Assembly (NCBI GenBank): GCA_015494465.1
Contig: WGBD01000007.1
Span: 67,009-131,008, forward strand
Direction: 5' to 3'
Length of the DNA: 64,000 nucleotides
DNA from: Candidatus Omnitrophota bacterium
Lineage (GTDB): Bacteria; Omnitrophota; Gorgyraeia; S143-82
A model generated the notes under the pieces. The model ran no database searches and was not told the origin of the DNA. It saw only the letters and a program-made list of their open reading frames with translations. Positions 62,608-64,000 of the stretch are shown piece by piece; the stretch's first letter is position 1; every line of letters begins with the position of its first letter. Both the position numbers and the translations under genes were made by a program.

Positions 62608-63312
62608 TCACCTCAACACCGCTATGTAGGCCGCTGCCAACAAGGCAAACACCAGCGCCTGCACCGCACCTACGAATACATCAAAGAAACCCTTAAGGAC
62701 AGGCATTATCAACAGGAGAAACGGCACCCCCCATCCCCCCAGCAGTTTCAACACGATAAAGGGGATAAGGGCAACGACGATCCCGCCCGCGTATATGTTC
62801 CCGAACAAACGGAAGGAGTGGGAAAGCAACTTCCCGAACTCCGATATCACATTCAGGGGCAGGAAAAAGGGAAACGGCTCCAGATACATCTTCAAATATC
62901 CCAACAGGCCTTTTTCCCTAATCGCCGAGCCGTGGGCCACGAAAAAGGCCAACAAGCCAAGCCCCAGGCAGGTGTTTAGATCCGCAGTCGGAGAGGCAAG
63001 CCCCGGGATCAGGGAGAGCCAATTGGAGATAAGGACGAATACAAACAGCGTAACGATGTAAGGGACGAACTTCTCCCCACCCTTGCCAATCGTATCCACT
63101 GCAAGCCCCCTCAACGATTCGTAAAGTATCTCGACGAAGGCCTGAAATCTGGATGGGATCTTCCGCAGGCGATAACTTACCACCGAGGCAACGATCAGAA
63201 GGAATAGACAAATGACCCAAGTGGTGATTATAGTAACGGGATTGATCTCCAGGGTAACATCCAATCCCGGGATGAGCAAAGGTATGGTCTTTATAGCACC
63301 GAATTCCCCCAT
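62608..63312 (-). CDS. atpB: Fo ATP synthase a subunit
   Basis: The conserved Arg helix is LSHSFRLFGNIYAGGIVVALI. Confidence 0.9.
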   Translation of the reverse strand: MGEFGAIKTIPLLIPGLDVTLEINPVTIITTWVICLFLLIVASVVSYRLRKIPSRFQAFVEILYESLRGLAVDTIGKGGEKFVPYIVTLFVFVLISNWLSLIPGLASPTADLNTCLGLGLLAFFVAHGSAIREKGLLGYLKMYLEPFPFFLPLNVISEFGKLLSHSFRLFGNIYAGGIVVALIPFIVLKLLGGWGVPFLLLIMPVLKGFFDVFVGAVQALVFALLAAAYIAVLR

Positions 63313-63356
63313 GCGCCCCTTCTTTCACAACCAAAATGGGTCAGGAAAAATTATAA

Positions 63357-63749
63357 CTAAAAATCTCCCTTTATGCCATACATAAATATCCCAATCCTCA
63401 CTACCAGAAGACCAAATCCCGCCGAAAGCAGGTGGGCTATACCGTAGTGACCTACCCAAAAGAGAAATAAACCCATCAAGAAAAGGCGTCCCCCATAGCC
63501 AAGAACAACCGACAAGATGACCGCATTAGAATGTAGCCGTTTTACCATCCAATCCAACTGTATCCTAAGGAGAAGAAAGTTGAGGACGGAAACCAAGGCC
63601 CCTGCTAGATAAGAAAAGGCCACTGCCTTTCCCAGCAACCAGGCCATGAGAAAAGAGACCACAGAGGCAAAGGCACCAGTAAACTTCAAGACCTCTACGA
63701 TGGCCTTATTTACTTCTGCGCTCGGTTGCCTGGATGAGCTGATAGACAC
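63357..63749 (-). CDS. atpI: ATP synthase protein I (AtpI-like small membrane protein)
   Basis: The 130-aa protein has four hydrophobic segments. It lies immediately upstream of atpB. Confidence 0.55.
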   Translation of the reverse strand: MSISSSRQPSAEVNKAIVEVLKFTGAFASVVSFLMAWLLGKAVAFSYLAGALVSVLNFLLLRIQLDWMVKRLHSNAVILSVVLGYGGRLFLMGLFLFWVGHYGIAHLLSAGFGLLVVRIGIFMYGIKGDF

Positions 63750-63942
63750 TCAGGAATCCTCCTCCTATGCCCGCAATTATCCCCAGCAAAGTAAAGACGA
63801 ACCCCGTACCCAGCCATTGATCTAATTTATAACCCAAGAATAGTCCAACCAAAAGGGTGATAACGAACTGGAAACCAACCTGCGACACGAGAGAAAAGAA
63901 TCTGAAAACGGAAGATAAATCCTTATTATCTGATGAGGACAT
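63706..63942 (-). CDS. AtpZ-like small membrane protein (putative ATP synthase assembly factor)
   Basis: The 78-aa protein has two helices with GxxxG-like packing motifs (GIIAGIGGGFLSVY). It is the first gene of the atp cluster. Confidence 0.45.
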   Translation of the reverse strand: MSSSDNKDLSSVFRFFSLVSQVGFQFVITLLVGLFLGYKLDQWLGTGFVFTLLGIIAGIGGGFLSVYQLIQATERRSK

Positions 63943-64000
63943 CTAGACGATTATCCCTAACCCTAACGACACCCCTTTGCACGGGGATAACCTCTTGCTT

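Overview
This 64 kb window is dense bacterial chromosome from a probable thermophilic, diderm organism. The proteins are rich in K/E/R/I, and a secretin and an exosortase are present. GC looks to be a little above 50% by eye. Every confidently called gene (about 72) lies on the minus strand. All long plus-strand ORFs in the track are antisense shadows of conserved genes. There are no rRNA or tRNA genes, no CRISPR array, no IS element or prophage, and no long repeats.

Gene content by minus-strand coordinate:
- 72-2257: arginine biosynthesis genes argJ and argC.
- 2244-3719: RNase G.
- 3828-6029: a PilP-like protein plus an outer-membrane secretin.
- 6026-6367: a monofunctional hisI.
- 6360-19324: an exosortase / PEP-CTERM-type exopolysaccharide locus. 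It encodes the sigma-54 two-component pair PrsR/PrsK, EpsI, exosortase, ManC, a GT2, a polysaccharide deacetylase, a 762-aa unknown protein, a GT1, an O-antigen-ligase-like polymerase and a prepilin-like protein.
- 19315-33013: housekeeping genes (dxs, xseB, xseA, ymdB, rny, 5-formyl-THF cyclo-ligase, an MsbA-like ABC exporter, a family-4 UDG, ispD, yacL, a GT2-HAD fusion, a TauE/SafE permease, xerC/D-like recombinase, rpmE).
- 33105-41413: a 12-gene Mrp-antiporter / complex-I-like operon with Mbx-type gene order (mrpEFG, mbhD-like, mrpB, mrpC, two mrpD, nuoH, nuoB, nuoC, nuoD-like).
- 41481-43514: tcdA, tatD and a lipoprotein.
- 43507-54247: a 13-gene chemosensory operon. It contains cheY, a FliY-like CheC+FliN fusion, a PilZ protein, cheA, a second cheY, cheR, an HDOD protein, a HEAT-repeat protein, cheB, a sensor-less MCP, cheW, a second HDOD protein and a small unknown.
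- 54249-55874: glgA with a lysine-rich N-terminal tail.
- 55887-57491: a secreted 534-aa unknown protein whose start overlaps the atpD stop (ATGA).
- 57488-63942: the F1Fo ATP synthase operon (atpZ-like, atpI, atpB, atpE, atpF, atpH, atpA, atpG, atpD) with no atpC.

The most unusual features are:
- the Mbx/MBS-like respiratory operon, whose catalytic subunit keeps only two of the four NiFe-ligand cysteines and which has no NuoI/MbxN ferredoxin-type subunit;
- the exosortase locus with no PEP-CTERM substrate in the window;
- the c-di-GMP-linked chemosensory operon;
- the ATP synthase operon in which atpC is replaced by a translationally coupled secreted protein.
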